Sequence record: MZ189262.1
Strand: one strand, 5' to 3'
Source of the DNA: Escherichia phage W143
Length of the DNA stretch: 64,000 nucleotides
Part shown: positions 1-9,087 of the stretch, in pieces
How the letters are laid out: each line of letters begins with the position of its first letter
Position numbering within the stretch: the first letter of the stretch is position 1
Notes under the pieces: generated by a model
The model's database searches: none
Told to the model about the DNA's origin: nothing
Seen by the model: the letters and a program-made list of their open reading frames with translations, nothing else
Position numbers and translations under genes: made by a program

Positions 1-420
<420 letters not shown>

Positions 421-876
421 TTAAAAGAGGCTGTTCATTATTCGGTAAAGTGAAGGACCCATCACATATTGCCACTGGGTACGAGGAATAAGAGCAAAAG
501 CGTCCATCTCTGGAATCATAACGCCATCTTTATTTTCAAAATAAGACTCGCAATGGCAATTTCTAAACATCTCATGCTCTACTGGAATCGTATAATAAAA
601 TAACTGTAAGTCTTTATTACTAGAATATTTAAATACACCTAGGTCTTCTAGAAGGTCTGGATTATAATTGCTAAAACCAGTCTCTTCTAAACATTCTCTT
701 CGTGCTGCATCTAATGCGCTTAAATCAGAATTTTCTACACGGCCCTTTGGAATATCCCAGCGATGTGCCATCATTCCAGGCTTACGAGAACCAGTAACCC
801 GACCCATAAATAAATCTTTATCTTCTGTCATAAAGATAATACCAGCTGATAATGTTTTCATTTTAATTTCCTGCAT
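421..876 (-). CDS. nudE: Nudix hydrolase
   Basis: 151 aa; Nudix box GRVENSDLSALDAARRECLEETGF (GX5EX7REUXEEXGU); position immediately downstream of e as in T4. Confidence 0.85.
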   Translation of the reverse strand: MQEIKMKTLSAGIIFMTEDKDLFMGRVTGSRKPGMMAHRWDIPKGRVENSDLSALDAARRECLEETGFSNYNPDLLEDLGVFKYSSNKDLQLFYYTIPVEHEMFRNCHCESYFENKDGVMIPEMDAFALIPRTQWQYVMGPSLYRIMNSLF

Positions 877-1346
877 TCAGTGATAAAGTTATTTAAATTT
901 TGAGTATATTTCTTTTCATCAAAAATCTTTTGTTGTCTGCGTAGCCGCCATGGCATTTCAATGAACGTGTACCATATCCCAGATAATATTGCTGCTGTAA
1001 AAATATTAACAAGTATGGTTAAAAGAATCCAATCTCCTATTCTGTCCATTGGATTTTTTATAAAAAAGTAAAATACGAATGATGTCACAGGAAGACTAAT
1101 AATATACCACAAAATCATAATTTTATCTGTGAACCAATCAGCGTTCGTTAATTTAGCGCGACCATTATGAATACACACGAATTTATCATCTGTTGCGGTA
1201 GATGGCTTAACTGGTTGATATCCCATTCTAAACTCCCTAATCAGCAAATTTTTCATATCTTCGGAACAGCCATTCCAGTCAACTCTATCAACTGGAATGC
1301 CATCATCCCCATCATCTAAATCATACCAGCGAGTTTTTAAAATCAT
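858..1346 (-). CDS. small membrane protein (T4 e.2-like position)
   Basis: 162 aa ORF; two strongly hydrophobic segments (IMILWYIISLPVTSFVFYFFI, WILLTILVNIFTAAILSGIWYTFI). Confidence 0.5.
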   Translation of the reverse strand: MILKTRWYDLDDGDDGIPVDRVDWNGCSEDMKNLLIREFRMGYQPVKPSTATDDKFVCIHNGRAKLTNADWFTDKIMILWYIISLPVTSFVFYFFIKNPMDRIGDWILLTILVNIFTAAILSGIWYTFIEMPWRLRRQQKIFDEKKYTQNLNNFITECRKLK

Positions 1347-1705
1347 CTGATTTTCCTACAATCACTCACAAACTCTTTCATTGATTCATTTTCAATATAA
1401 GACATGTAGCTATTATATTCTTTTAATTGTATTTTGTAATCCTTTTTTCTTTGCCAATTTATTTTAAAATTATCATAATGAAAATATAGAATGATACAAA
1501 AGAATGAAAATAATGAAATAATTTTAGTATAGCGAAGTTCACTCCAAACTTCTATTATATTTACTGTGCCATCGATGTTTAAAATAAGACAGTCAATTAA
1601 CAATCCAAAAAGACTACCCGCAAGAGCTGCAGCCAACGCCACAGCAAAAATTAAAAATGACTCAGGAAGCGAATATTTGACTTTATTTAGTTTTGGCTTT
1701 TGCAT
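1343..1705 (-). CDS. small membrane protein (e.3-like position)
   Basis: 120 aa ORF, overlapping stop/start with neighbours; hydrophobic segments LIFAVALAAALAGSLFGLLIDCLIL and IISLFSFFCIILYF. Confidence 0.5.
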   Translation of the reverse strand: MQKPKLNKVKYSLPESFLIFAVALAAALAGSLFGLLIDCLILNIDGTVNIIEVWSELRYTKIISLFSFFCIILYFHYDNFKINWQRKKDYKIQLKEYNSYMSYIENESMKEFVSDCRKIR

Positions 1706-2100
1706 CGTGATTCCTTAACAAATTTCATAATTTCATCAAATTCATACGCAGCAAGTTTAAGCTGATATTCCTTTTTAATCTTTTTACACTGTGCTTTCCA
1801 ATCACGTACGCGTTTACGATAATGCCTTCCTTGATACCAGTATCCTACCCAATTTACAGGTACTAATAAAAATGGAACTATTAATGGAAGAATTAGCATT
1901 AATACAAGTATTTCGCCAGAATCAATATCAGTCATAACATCTAAAACACCTCCAATAATCAATAGAATTACAAATGATATGAGTATAACAGGACCTATTA
2001 ATACATCAGTAGAAATTAGCTGGCGCTTTAATTCATACTTCAAAGGTTTACTTGGAAGGTATAGTGATGGCTTTGACATATTCTCTACATTCCTTAACAA
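1687..2100 (-). CDS. small membrane protein (e.4-like position)
   Basis: 137 aa ORF with two long hydrophobic helices followed by a basic tail. Confidence 0.5.
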   Translation of the reverse strand: MLRNVENMSKPSLYLPSKPLKYELKRQLISTDVLIGPVILISFVILLIIGGVLDVMTDIDSGEILVLMLILPLIVPFLLVPVNWVGYWYQGRHYRKRVRDWKAQCKKIKKEYQLKLAAYEFDEIMKFVKESRCKSQN

Positions 2101-2656
2101 ATTTTTCTAGTAATAAATCGCTTTCAAAATTAGGATTTTTCACGAATTTATCAAAAAGATCATCAATAATAGTCAAGATATTCTTTTTACTAAGAATACG
2201 CTTATTTTCATATTTTGTTTCAGAGTCAACTATAAGAGTAAAGAAATATTTCTTTCCCTGAAATTTTACCGTAGTATCAATATAAAATAAATTTGACTTT
2301 TGTAAATTACGCTTAAACCATGCGTCACTTAAACTATAAACGCCAAGATAATCATAATCGTCGTTTAAATAACAAACTGTCCATTCAGGAGAAATGAAAT
2401 CAGTAAATTCAACATCAAAATCACATGTCAATGAATGAATTGATTCAATACTTTTAATGAGTATTCCAGGGCGTATTAAAGACTTTTTACCTCTATAAAG
2501 TCTTCCAGAAAGACTTTCATCAGTTTCATACGAAGAGCCCCAATAGTAATTACGTCCTTCTGCCATACGTTTAAGAGCATTTAGTAATTGGTCTGGAACA
2601 TCAACTTGTCTTTGGAACTCTTCAAACATTGAATTGAAATCATTTTGCATTCTCAT
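2048..2656 (-). CDS. hypothetical protein (e.5-like position)
   Basis: 202 aa ORF, co-oriented and tightly packed with neighbours; no recognisable motif. Confidence 0.5.
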   Translation of the reverse strand: MRMQNDFNSMFEEFQRQVDVPDQLLNALKRMAEGRNYYWGSSYETDESLSGRLYRGKKSLIRPGILIKSIESIHSLTCDFDVEFTDFISPEWTVCYLNDDYDYLGVYSLSDAWFKRNLQKSNLFYIDTTVKFQGKKYFFTLIVDSETKYENKRILSKKNILTIIDDLFDKFVKNPNFESDLLLEKFVKECREYVKAITIPSK

Positions 2657-2677
2657 TCCTATTTACTCCAAGTAATA

Positions 2678-2691
2678 GGGGCCGAAGCCCC
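2678..2691 (-). terminator. GGGGC-UUCG-GCCCC tetraloop hairpin on minus strand between e.6-like and e.5-like ORFs
   Basis: plus strand ggggccgaagcccc; on the transcribed strand the loop is UUCG. Confidence 0.5.
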
Positions 2692-2697
2692 TTATCA

Positions 2698-3291
2698 TTA
2701 TTTCAAAGAATTAATATATTCCTGGACATCGGCAGAGGTAGTTTCAACCCCAGAAATATTGCCATTAAAGGTTTCAACTCGAGCAAGAGTATCTTCAATA
2801 TCAACCTTAGTCAGTGCTGCAATTTCAACTACATCATCGGCAGTACTAATTCCAAGAGCATTTGCCGCACGAGTTTCACGGATATATTCCAATTTAACTG
2901 CAAGTTCTTGGCGAGCATCATCTAACTCAACTACTTTCTTGGCGATTTCAATTCGCATTTCAGCATAACCATCAGCTTTAGTAGTCAACTGCTCAGCTGT
3001 TCGACGATATAGTAAACCGAGTTTAGCGTGCATTGTTACATCTTGACCTTCGGAAAGAAGTTTACGAATTTCACGCTCTTTTGATTCGGCTTGTCGATTC
3101 TTTTCGATAACAAGTTCACGAATACGTTTTTCTTCATTAATAGATTTAACAGAAGCAGTTTTTAGGTCTTTAATTTTATCAAGCAGTTTTGCTGCTGCAG
3201 CAGTATACTGTTCTTCAACAGATAGATTTTTAGCCATAGCAGAACCAAGTTTAGTGCGAATAAACTCAACAATTTTCTTCAGTGTGTTCAT
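2698..3291 (-). CDS. coiled-coil protein (e.6-like position), possibly PspA/IM30-like
   Basis: 197 aa, highly charged with heptad-like K/E/R/A/L periodicity throughout; fold assignment is inference only. Confidence 0.5.
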   Translation of the reverse strand: MNTLKKIVEFIRTKLGSAMAKNLSVEEQYTAAAAKLLDKIKDLKTASVKSINEEKRIRELVIEKNRQAESKEREIRKLLSEGQDVTMHAKLGLLYRRTAEQLTTKADGYAEMRIEIAKKVVELDDARQELAVKLEYIRETRAANALGISTADDVVEIAALTKVDIEDTLARVETFNGNISGVETTSADVQEYINSLK

Positions 3292-3334
3292 AGTATTTCC
3301 TTAGGTTGATTAAGATTTAAAATCCGTGGGAGTA

Positions 3335-3511
3335 TTATACTCCAAAGAGTTTATAAACTATTTTAACATCTCCTTTTGCTGCTTTATAGCCTTCAGCCCA
3401 AGATACAACCGAGTTTTTATCTGAAGATTCAAAATCAGGCATTGGACTTTCATCAATGTTCACACAGTATGTTTCTTCATTTTCGTCAAACCAAATAGTT
3501 AAAATAGTCAT
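3335..3511 (-). CDS. small ORF, 58 aa (below the 60-aa ORF-track cutoff)
   Basis: ATG at 3511 to TAA at 3335 fills the otherwise empty gap 3292-3579; reads MTILTIWFDENEETYCVNIDESPMPDFESSDKNSVV... Confidence 0.3.
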   Translation of the reverse strand: MTILTIWFDENEETYCVNIDESPMPDFESSDKNSVVSWAEGYKAAKGDVKIVYKLFGV

Positions 3512-3579
3512 TTATTTCTCCGCTTCTGTGATTGTTTTGATAAATCTATAATAACACCGTCCTTGGCGTTTGTACACAT

Positions 3580-3843
3580 TTATTTCATATTATTGAAATA
3601 TTCTTCTGCAATTTCATCATTATCATGGTAAACTTTAGAAGACAGTTTAACATAACCTTCTGCTGTGAACATGTTAATCACAACTTTTACAGTATACCAC
3701 TGACCGTCTTCATTACCCATTACTGCGTAAGTTTCAAACATCGGATGGTCAGGACCGATGACTTTAATATCATTCACTGTACGACCGAAATCTTCTGAAA
3801 CGCATTTCATAAAGAAGTTGAACAGTTCGCCGTAATTATCCAT
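3580..3843 (-). CDS. hypothetical protein (e.8-like position); start placed at ATG 3843 rather than the track's TTG 3855
   Basis: ORF with GGAG 6 nt upstream of ATG 3843; preceded by early-type promoter at 3887-3915. Confidence 0.5.
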   Translation of the reverse strand: MDNYGELFNFFMKCVSEDFGRTVNDIKVIGPDHPMFETYAVMGNEDGQWYTVKVVINMFTAEGYVKLSSKVYHDNDEIAEEYFNNMK

Positions 3844-3886
3844 TTCATTCTCCAAGTTGTTTTCTGTATCAGTAGTTGATAGTTGT

Positions 3887-3915
3887 ATAGTACCATGGAA
3901 GAACAGGGATGTAAA
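3887..3915 (-). promoter_or_regulatory. T4 early-type sigma70 promoter (-35 TTTACA, 17-nt spacer, -10 TACTAT) for the e.x operon
   Basis: plus strand atagta ... tgtaaa; same cassette recurs at 6337-6366, 6716-6745, 7055-7083, 40051-40080. Confidence 0.55.
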
Positions 3916-4053
3916 CAGTTTTGTGAAAAAATTTTTAAAAAGTTTTAGGGAATTCTAGGGCAGGGAGGGGCAATTAAAATGTAGGATAATATATTATAAA
4001 GGGTAGAAACTAAATGATGCCTAGAGAGGTCTTGAAAGGCCTAGATACCAAAA

Positions 4054-4077
4054 AGCCCCAACCTTTTGGTCGGGGCT
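4054..4077 (-). terminator. intrinsic terminator after the stable-RNA/tRNA cluster
   Basis: minus strand agccccgacc-aaaa-ggttggggct followed by TTTTT. Confidence 0.6.
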
Positions 4078-4115
4078 AAGCCTTGTCGGGGTTCCACCTG
4101 CTAAGGCAAGTGTTT

Positions 4116-4275
4116 GTACGAAACGCCGGGATTCGAACCCGGTTATTAAGCAGTTGACGCTACTTAATATTTTTAAAAGGCCATATCTCGACCATATCCG
4201 AACGTTCCGTCAAAAACGCTACTCGGCTTACGGCAAAGATATTTCCTCGAATCGATAATTCGGTGCGCCGTTTCT
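4116..4275 (-). ncRNA. tRNA-associated stable RNA (T4 species 1/rnaC-like), boundaries approximate
   Basis: 3' end carries a canonical T-arm (CCGGG-TTCGAAT-CCCGG) and an acceptor-like stem (GAAACG/CGTTTC) but no complete cloverleaf between them. Confidence 0.4.
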
Positions 4276-4382
4276 GCTGTGATGTAAGAGGGCATCAACA
4301 AATCATAAAGATTTATTAACGCAATTCCTTACCCAGGGAACATCAGTCCGACGACTTACCGGTAGCGACCCGGTTTCTTGTT
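4276..4382 (-). ncRNA. second tRNA-associated stable RNA (T4 species 2/rnaD-like), boundaries approximate
   Basis: ~105 nt non-coding stretch immediately 3' of tRNA-Arg in the same transcript orientation; assignment by position only. Confidence 0.3.
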
Positions 4383-4459
4383 TGGTCGAGGCAGAAGGAT
4401 TCTAACCTTCAACCAACGGATTAGAAATCCGTTGCTCTATACAATTGAGCTATGCCCCG
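4383..4459 (-). tRNA. tRNA-Arg (anticodon UCU), CCA encoded
   Basis: cloverleaf read by hand: acceptor CGGGGCA/TGCCTCG, anticodon loop TTTCTAA, T-arm GAAGG-TTAGAAT-CCTTC. Confidence 0.8.
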
Positions 4460-4462
4460 TAA

Positions 4463-5128
4463 TTAAAATTTCATTTTTCGACCTTTAAACCATCCTTCTG
4501 GAATTGGGTCAGTTTTCTTAATACGTTTAGAAACTTTTTCATCTAATGAATGAATCCACATCATACCGAATTGGGAATTCTTTTCACCTTGTTGGTGTTT
4601 ATTTCTGGCGTGAGATTCTTTCATTTTATTAATAGTTTCAGGAGTATGATGCTTATTTAAAAATCTGCTATTATTTAAAAATTTTTCCCTGTATTCAGGA
4701 GTTGACCACAAGCGTTTAAATATATTTGAACCATGTTTACGATATTTTTCTTGAAGTAAAATATCATTTTTAAAACGTGACTTAAACGATTTAGCTCCTT
4801 TTAAACTAGCGTCTTTCTTCTGATTTAGCATCTCAGGAATATTTAAATGGTCCCATCCACCTTCACCGCCAAGTTTTAAATTATACACATCTGGTCTATT
4901 TAAAAACTCTTCTGTGACAATATTTTTCTCGGCTTCAAGCATAGATTCTTTATCATCAAAATACTCTAATATTTCTTTAGAGAAATTTTCTATACCATAC
5001 TTGTCTTGGGCTCTTTTTAATAATTTACCAGAACCCATATATCCATCATCTAAATTTTCGGTAGAATGAGCGCCTATGTAGATTTTATTATTAATTTTAT
5101 TTGTTATTTTATAAATGTAATGGAACAT
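4463..5128 (-). CDS. segB: GIY-YIG homing endonuclease inside the tRNA cluster
   Basis: 221 aa; N-terminal GIY-YIG motif (HYIYKITNKINNKIYIGAHS); sits between tRNA-Ile and tRNA-Arg as T4 segB does. Confidence 0.85.
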   Translation of the reverse strand: MFHYIYKITNKINNKIYIGAHSTENLDDGYMGSGKLLKRAQDKYGIENFSKEILEYFDDKESMLEAEKNIVTEEFLNRPDVYNLKLGGEGGWDHLNIPEMLNQKKDASLKGAKSFKSRFKNDILLQEKYRKHGSNIFKRLWSTPEYREKFLNNSRFLNKHHTPETINKMKESHARNKHQQGEKNSQFGMMWIHSLDEKVSKRIKKTDPIPEGWFKGRKMKF

Positions 5129-5169
5129 AAATATCTCCTATTTCTAAGAGTATTTATGTTCTCAAAATA

Positions 5170-5241
5170 TGGCCCTGGGTGGAATTGAACCACCATCTGG
5201 CGATTATGAGTCGCTTGCTTGAACCTTCCAGCTACAGGGCC
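5170..5241 (-). tRNA. tRNA-Ile (anticodon CAU, presumably modified to read AUA)
   Basis: cloverleaf with anticodon loop CTCATAA; Ile rather than Met inferred from T4 cluster order. Confidence 0.7.
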
Positions 5242-5242
5242 T

Positions 5243-5318
5243 TGGTGCTGATTGACGGAATCGAACCGCCGACGTCCTCATTACAAGTGAGGTGCTCTAC
5301 CTACTGAGCTAAATCAGC
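5243..5318 (-). tRNA. tRNA-Thr (anticodon UGU), CCA encoded
   Basis: acceptor GCTGATT/AATCAGC, D-arm GCTC-AGTAGGTA-GAGC, anticodon loop CTTGTAA. Confidence 0.85.
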
Positions 5319-5325
5319 GAAATTA

Positions 5326-5412
5326 CGGAGGCGATAGGATTTGAACCTATGAGTCGCCGGAGCGACTGCCGGTTTTCAAGACCGGTGCATTAAACCACTC
5401 TGCCACGCCTCC
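5326..5412 (-). tRNA. tRNA-Ser (anticodon UGA), long variable arm
   Basis: 87 nt; acceptor GGAGGCG/CGCCTCC, anticodon loop CTTGAAA, extended variable arm. Confidence 0.85.
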
Positions 5413-5414
5413 AG

Positions 5415-5488
5415 TCTCCGCGGCAGGATTTGAACCTGCGACATTCTGCTCCCAAAGCAGACGCTCTACCAAACTGAGCTACACGGAG
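5415..5488 (-). tRNA. tRNA-Pro (anticodon UGG)
   Basis: acceptor CTCCGTG/CGCGGAG, anticodon loop TTTGGGA, T-arm GCAGG-TTCAAAT-CCTGC. Confidence 0.85.
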
Positions 5489-5498
5489 TAAATTAAAT

Positions 5499-5572
<74 letters not shown>

Positions 5573-5577
5573 AAATT

Positions 5578-5664
5578 TGGTGCGAGAAGTGGGACTCGAA
5601 CCCACAAGGAAATCATTCCGCAGCATTTTAAGTGCTGTGCCTTTACCAATTTGACCATTCTCGC
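5578..5664 (-). tRNA. tRNA-Leu (anticodon UAA), long variable arm, CCA encoded
   Basis: 87 nt; acceptor GCGAGAA/TTCTCGC, anticodon loop CTTAAAA. Confidence 0.85.
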
Positions 5665-5665
5665 G

Positions 5666-5738
5666 CTGGGAATAAAGGACTCGAACCTTTGCATCTAGCA
5701 GTCAAAGTGCTATGCCTTACCAACTTGGCTAATTCCCA
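5666..5738 (-). tRNA. tRNA-Gln (anticodon UUG)
   Basis: acceptor TGGGAAT/ATTCCCA, anticodon loop CTTTGAC, T-arm AAAGG-TTCGAGT-CCTTT. Confidence 0.85.
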
Positions 5739-5835
5739 ATTATTAACAAAGGCTCTCAAACAAGAACCCTTGATGATAGAGGGTATTAATCAGTGCGATA
5801 TGAGTTAATAATAACAAATAATTCTTAAAGCATAT

Positions 5836-6123
5836 TTACCATTTATGATGATACATATTTACGATGCATTCAAGACCCAAAGGATTCTTGAAAATATCAT
5901 ATTCAAGAGGACCTTTTTCTGTTTCAATAAAGAAATCAAAGTTAACTGTGTTAAATTTACGGTCTTCCTTCACTAATTTAACTTGAGAAGATGAACGGTC
6001 AATGTAAACCTTTTCAACTTCAAAACACGTTAAAATGCCATAATCATCAATCAAGGCTTTAGTTGCTTCTTGATCATATTTATATCCATTTTCAATGGAT
6101 GATACTTTAGCATAAAGAATCAT
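5836..6123 (-). CDS. hypothetical protein in the variable internal-protein locus
   Basis: 95 aa ORF directly downstream (minus strand) of the 60-aa ORF; no capsid-targeting N-terminus. Confidence 0.45.
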   Translation of the reverse strand: MILYAKVSSIENGYKYDQEATKALIDDYGILTCFEVEKVYIDRSSSQVKLVKEDRKFNTVNFDFFIETEKGPLEYDIFKNPLGLECIVNMYHHKW

Positions 6124-6125
6124 TA

Positions 6126-6308
6126 TTAACCTTTAGAAATTTTATCCATAACGATAGCAATTAAACCAATTAAAAATGCTACTACAAGTGAAAACACATT
6201 TTCTGCTGTAGTTAATAATCCGCATATAAATCCAACAAACATTGAAAAACTAAAAGCGGAAGCAGAAATTGCAATAGCAACATTTCGAATTAATTCACAA
6301 CGTTTCAT
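6126..6308 (-). CDS. small two-helix membrane protein
   Basis: 60 aa, two hydrophobic helices; GAGGAG SD and own early promoter. Confidence 0.45.
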   Translation of the reverse strand: MKRCELIRNVAIAISASAFSFSMFVGFICGLLTTAENVFSLVVAFLIGLIAIVMDKISKG

Positions 6309-6336
6309 TTTATTCTCCTCAGTAGTTGATAGGGTA

Positions 6337-6366
6337 ATAATATCACTACCCCATCTAAAAGTAAAC
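6337..6366 (-). promoter_or_regulatory. T4 early-type promoter (-35 GTTTAC, -10 TATTAT with TG extension)
   Basis: member of the repeated promoter cassette. Confidence 0.5.
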
Positions 6367-6376
6367 GGTTTATAAA

Positions 6377-6685
6377 CTATTTTATTCCGCGTGATGCAAT
6401 TGTATTCTGTCGTTTAGCACCAGTTTGTTTAAAGTCATGATTGTCGATTTGATCGGTACGAGCAACTCCGAATGATGATTTAATCTTAGCTTTAGATCCT
6501 TTAGTTATAGAAATAAACATCTCGGAAGCCCCTTTCTTAAAGTCCAAAGCAATTACTTCAACACCGTTCTTAGCAAGTGACTTCAGAATTGCCTCCGCGT
6601 ATTCATCATCAAGACTCGCCTGAGTATTAATAACGAATGTCTTTGGTGCAGCCGCTTCATTGATAAATTCTTTAAATGTTTTCAT
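6377..6685 (-). CDS. internal (head-packaged) protein, IPII-like, with capsid targeting sequence
   Basis: 102 aa; N-terminus MKTFKEFINEAA matches the T4 internal-protein CTS pattern (MKTYQEFIAE-type) with a gp21-type I-x-E cleavage site. Confidence 0.6.
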   Translation of the reverse strand: MKTFKEFINEAAAPKTFVINTQASLDDEYAEAILKSLAKNGVEVIALDFKKGASEMFISITKGSKAKIKSSFGVARTDQIDNHDFKQTGAKRQNTIASRGIK

Positions 6686-6715
6686 TTTATTTTCCTAATT
6701 AATTTTGATGAGATA

Positions 6716-6745
6716 ATAGTACCACAACCCTATTTAAAAGTAAAC
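6716..6745 (-). promoter_or_regulatory. T4 early-type promoter (-35 GTTTAC, 17-nt spacer, -10 TACTAT)
   Basis: member of the repeated promoter cassette. Confidence 0.5.
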
Positions 6746-7018
6746 TCATTTTAAATAAATTGCATATTTTTTATAACCCGCTGACTCATGACGAAGACCC
6801 TTATCATTAGCAAAACGCTCAATGTTGTTAATTTGATTCTGGTCAAGTTCAGAGATGTCAAACACGAAAAAGTTACGTTTGTTACCAACTGTTACATAGT
6901 CAGTTAAATCAATATCATATAGGTAATTGATGTCAGCAATCAAAGTCTTGACAGCTTTGCTAATTTTTACTTTTTCGTTAAAAGCAGCTTCATTGATAAA
7001 TTCTTTAAATGTTTTCAT
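6746..7018 (-). CDS. internal-protein-like gene with capsid targeting sequence; start placed at ATG 7018
   Basis: 90 aa from ATG; N-terminus MKTFKEFINEAA identical to the neighbouring ip gene, unrelated C-terminal body; GGAG SD. Confidence 0.55.
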   Translation of the reverse strand: MKTFKEFINEAAFNEKVKISKAVKTLIADINYLYDIDLTDYVTVGNKRNFFVFDISELDQNQINNIERFANDKGLRHESAGYKKYAIYLK

Positions 7019-7054
7019 TTTATTCTCCAATCACTCATTTGTTTTGATAGGGTA

Positions 7055-7083
7055 ATAGTATCACAACTAAAACCCCGTGTAAA
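7055..7083 (-). promoter_or_regulatory. T4 early-type promoter (-35 TTTACA, 17-nt spacer, TG-extended -10 TACTAT)
   Basis: member of the repeated promoter cassette. Confidence 0.5.
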
Positions 7084-7096
7084 TAACTTTGTGAAA

Positions 7097-7793
<697 letters not shown>

Positions 7794-7794
<1 letters not shown>

Positions 7795-8507
7795 TATAGT
7801 ACCTTTAGTGTATTTTTAATTTTAGAAAAAAGTTCTTCAAGAGAACCATCGTTTGTAATTACTAAATCGCCATCACGAATTGGCAATCCAGCTTCTGTAA
7901 TATGAGTATCATTGGATTTTTGACCAGGACGAACTACATGAATTACTGTAGCACCCATCGCCCTAGCCGCATCCATTTCATGATCTTGACGAGTATCAGG
8001 AACGATATAATAATCATAACCTGAGTTAAATTTATCAAGATAATCTAAAGCAAATAATTTTACCCAATACATGCGGTCGAAGTTATTAACAATCAAATCC
8101 GTACCTAGGGCTTGCATCAGACGACGGACTGACCATTGATCTTCAATATTATTTATAACGTCAGCAATCTTGTTAAATGCTACGAAATTAACTGCGTCAT
8201 CAAAAACAAACACGCCTTTAATTGGGCTTTTACTATTAAGATAGCAAAATGCTTGTTCCATAATCGTAATTACTTCTAATTTAGTCAGATTTAAATTAGT
8301 CTCGCGATCATAGTCAATTCCTTCAAACTCTTTACGAGTTAAACAAGGATAGTCAGTGTTTGCTGCAAATACGCCCCATGCATAAGCCAATGCATCTTTA
8401 ATAGGACCAGCAAGTTGATATTTAACTGCAGAATAATTATTCATAATAAAATCTGCAGTAGTATCTTTTCCACTACGCTTTACACCACTTAAAAAGATTA
8501 GTTTCAT
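7794..8507 (-). CDS. 1: deoxynucleoside monophosphate kinase
   Basis: 237 aa; N-terminus MKLIFLSGVKRSGKDT with P-loop; recognised as T4 gp1. Confidence 0.9.
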
Positions 8508-8532
8508 ATGTTTCTCCTCAAATTTAGTTAAG

Positions 8533-8556
8533 ATTATAACACATGAAACTGAAGCA
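8533..8556 (-). promoter_or_regulatory. MotA-dependent middle promoter for gene 1 (MotA box TGCTTCA, 11-nt spacer, -10 TATAAT)
   Basis: minus strand aaTGCTTCAgtttcatgtgtTATAATctt, ending about 25 nt before the GAGGAG SD of gene 1. Confidence 0.5.
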
Positions 8557-9087
8557 TTAAACTTCTGCTATAATTTTACCATCTTTTTCTACTTGAAAAT
8601 ACGTATAAGGAATCGTTGCTGTACATACTAAAGCTGGGTCTGAATCTTCCGTGTAGCTAAATTCTACTTCAGACAGGTCAGAAACCCAAGGCTTATAAAA
8701 ATTTATTGACATCACGATTTCAGTTTTACTGTTATCTAAAATGTAAAGCGTAATGTATTCAGGACCTGTTTTTTGAGCAGTATTTTCGCCTGTAAGATAG
8801 TTACTAGTTCCTAACATCCATTCATACATTCCTATCCACGACTTAAGTTCTTCATCAACTATAAATCTCACGATGAGTGGGTCGTACTCAAATGTAACAC
8901 CTGGACGTTGTGCTCGGCCTAGTCCAAACGGCCCAGTCACGGTATCAGTAACAGGTATCCTAATTCCTGGAATAGGAACTGACTGAGCATTTAAAGTAAA
9001 AGCAGATGTAGTATTACTATGCGGTATTGATACTACAAAGTTAGTTGTATTTGCTTGGTTAAAAATTTGTTGCAGAGCTTGTGACAT
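8557..9087 (-). CDS. 3: tail completion / sheath stabiliser protein gp3; start placed at ATG 9087
   Basis: 176 aa from MSQALQQIFNQANTTNFVVSIPHS...; the track ORF begins at an upstream TTG. Confidence 0.85.
   Translation of the reverse strand: MSQALQQIFNQANTTNFVVSIPHSNTTSAFTLNAQSVPIPGIRIPVTDTVTGPFGLGRAQRPGVTFEYDPLIVRFIVDEELKSWIGMYEWMLGTSNYLTGENTAQKTGPEYITLYILDNSKTEIVMSINFYKPWVSDLSEVEFSYTEDSDPALVCTATIPYTYFQVEKDGKIIAEV

Noticed and set aside
668-883. Short plus-strand ORFs overlapping minus-strand genes (e.g. 668-883, 2052-2261, 2645-2968, 5498-5698, 7255-7440, 7598-7905)
   Set aside because: Each lies wholly inside a well-supported gene or tRNA on the opposite strand, lacks an SD, and several begin with TTG in the track; treated as chance ORFs.
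4126-4142. Plus-strand tRNA at the palindromic CCGGGATTCGAACCCGG
   Set aside because: The T-arm is palindromic so it reads on both strands, but on the plus strand the T-loop would be ATTCGAA (no T54) and no acceptor partner exists; it belongs to the minus-strand stable RNA.
5739-5835. Promoter for the tRNA cluster in the 97-bp gap upstream of tRNA-Gln
   Set aside because: Only a degenerate resemblance to the early-promoter cassette (ACCCTCTATCA box but no clear GTTTAC -35 at 17 nt); too weak to call from sequence alone.
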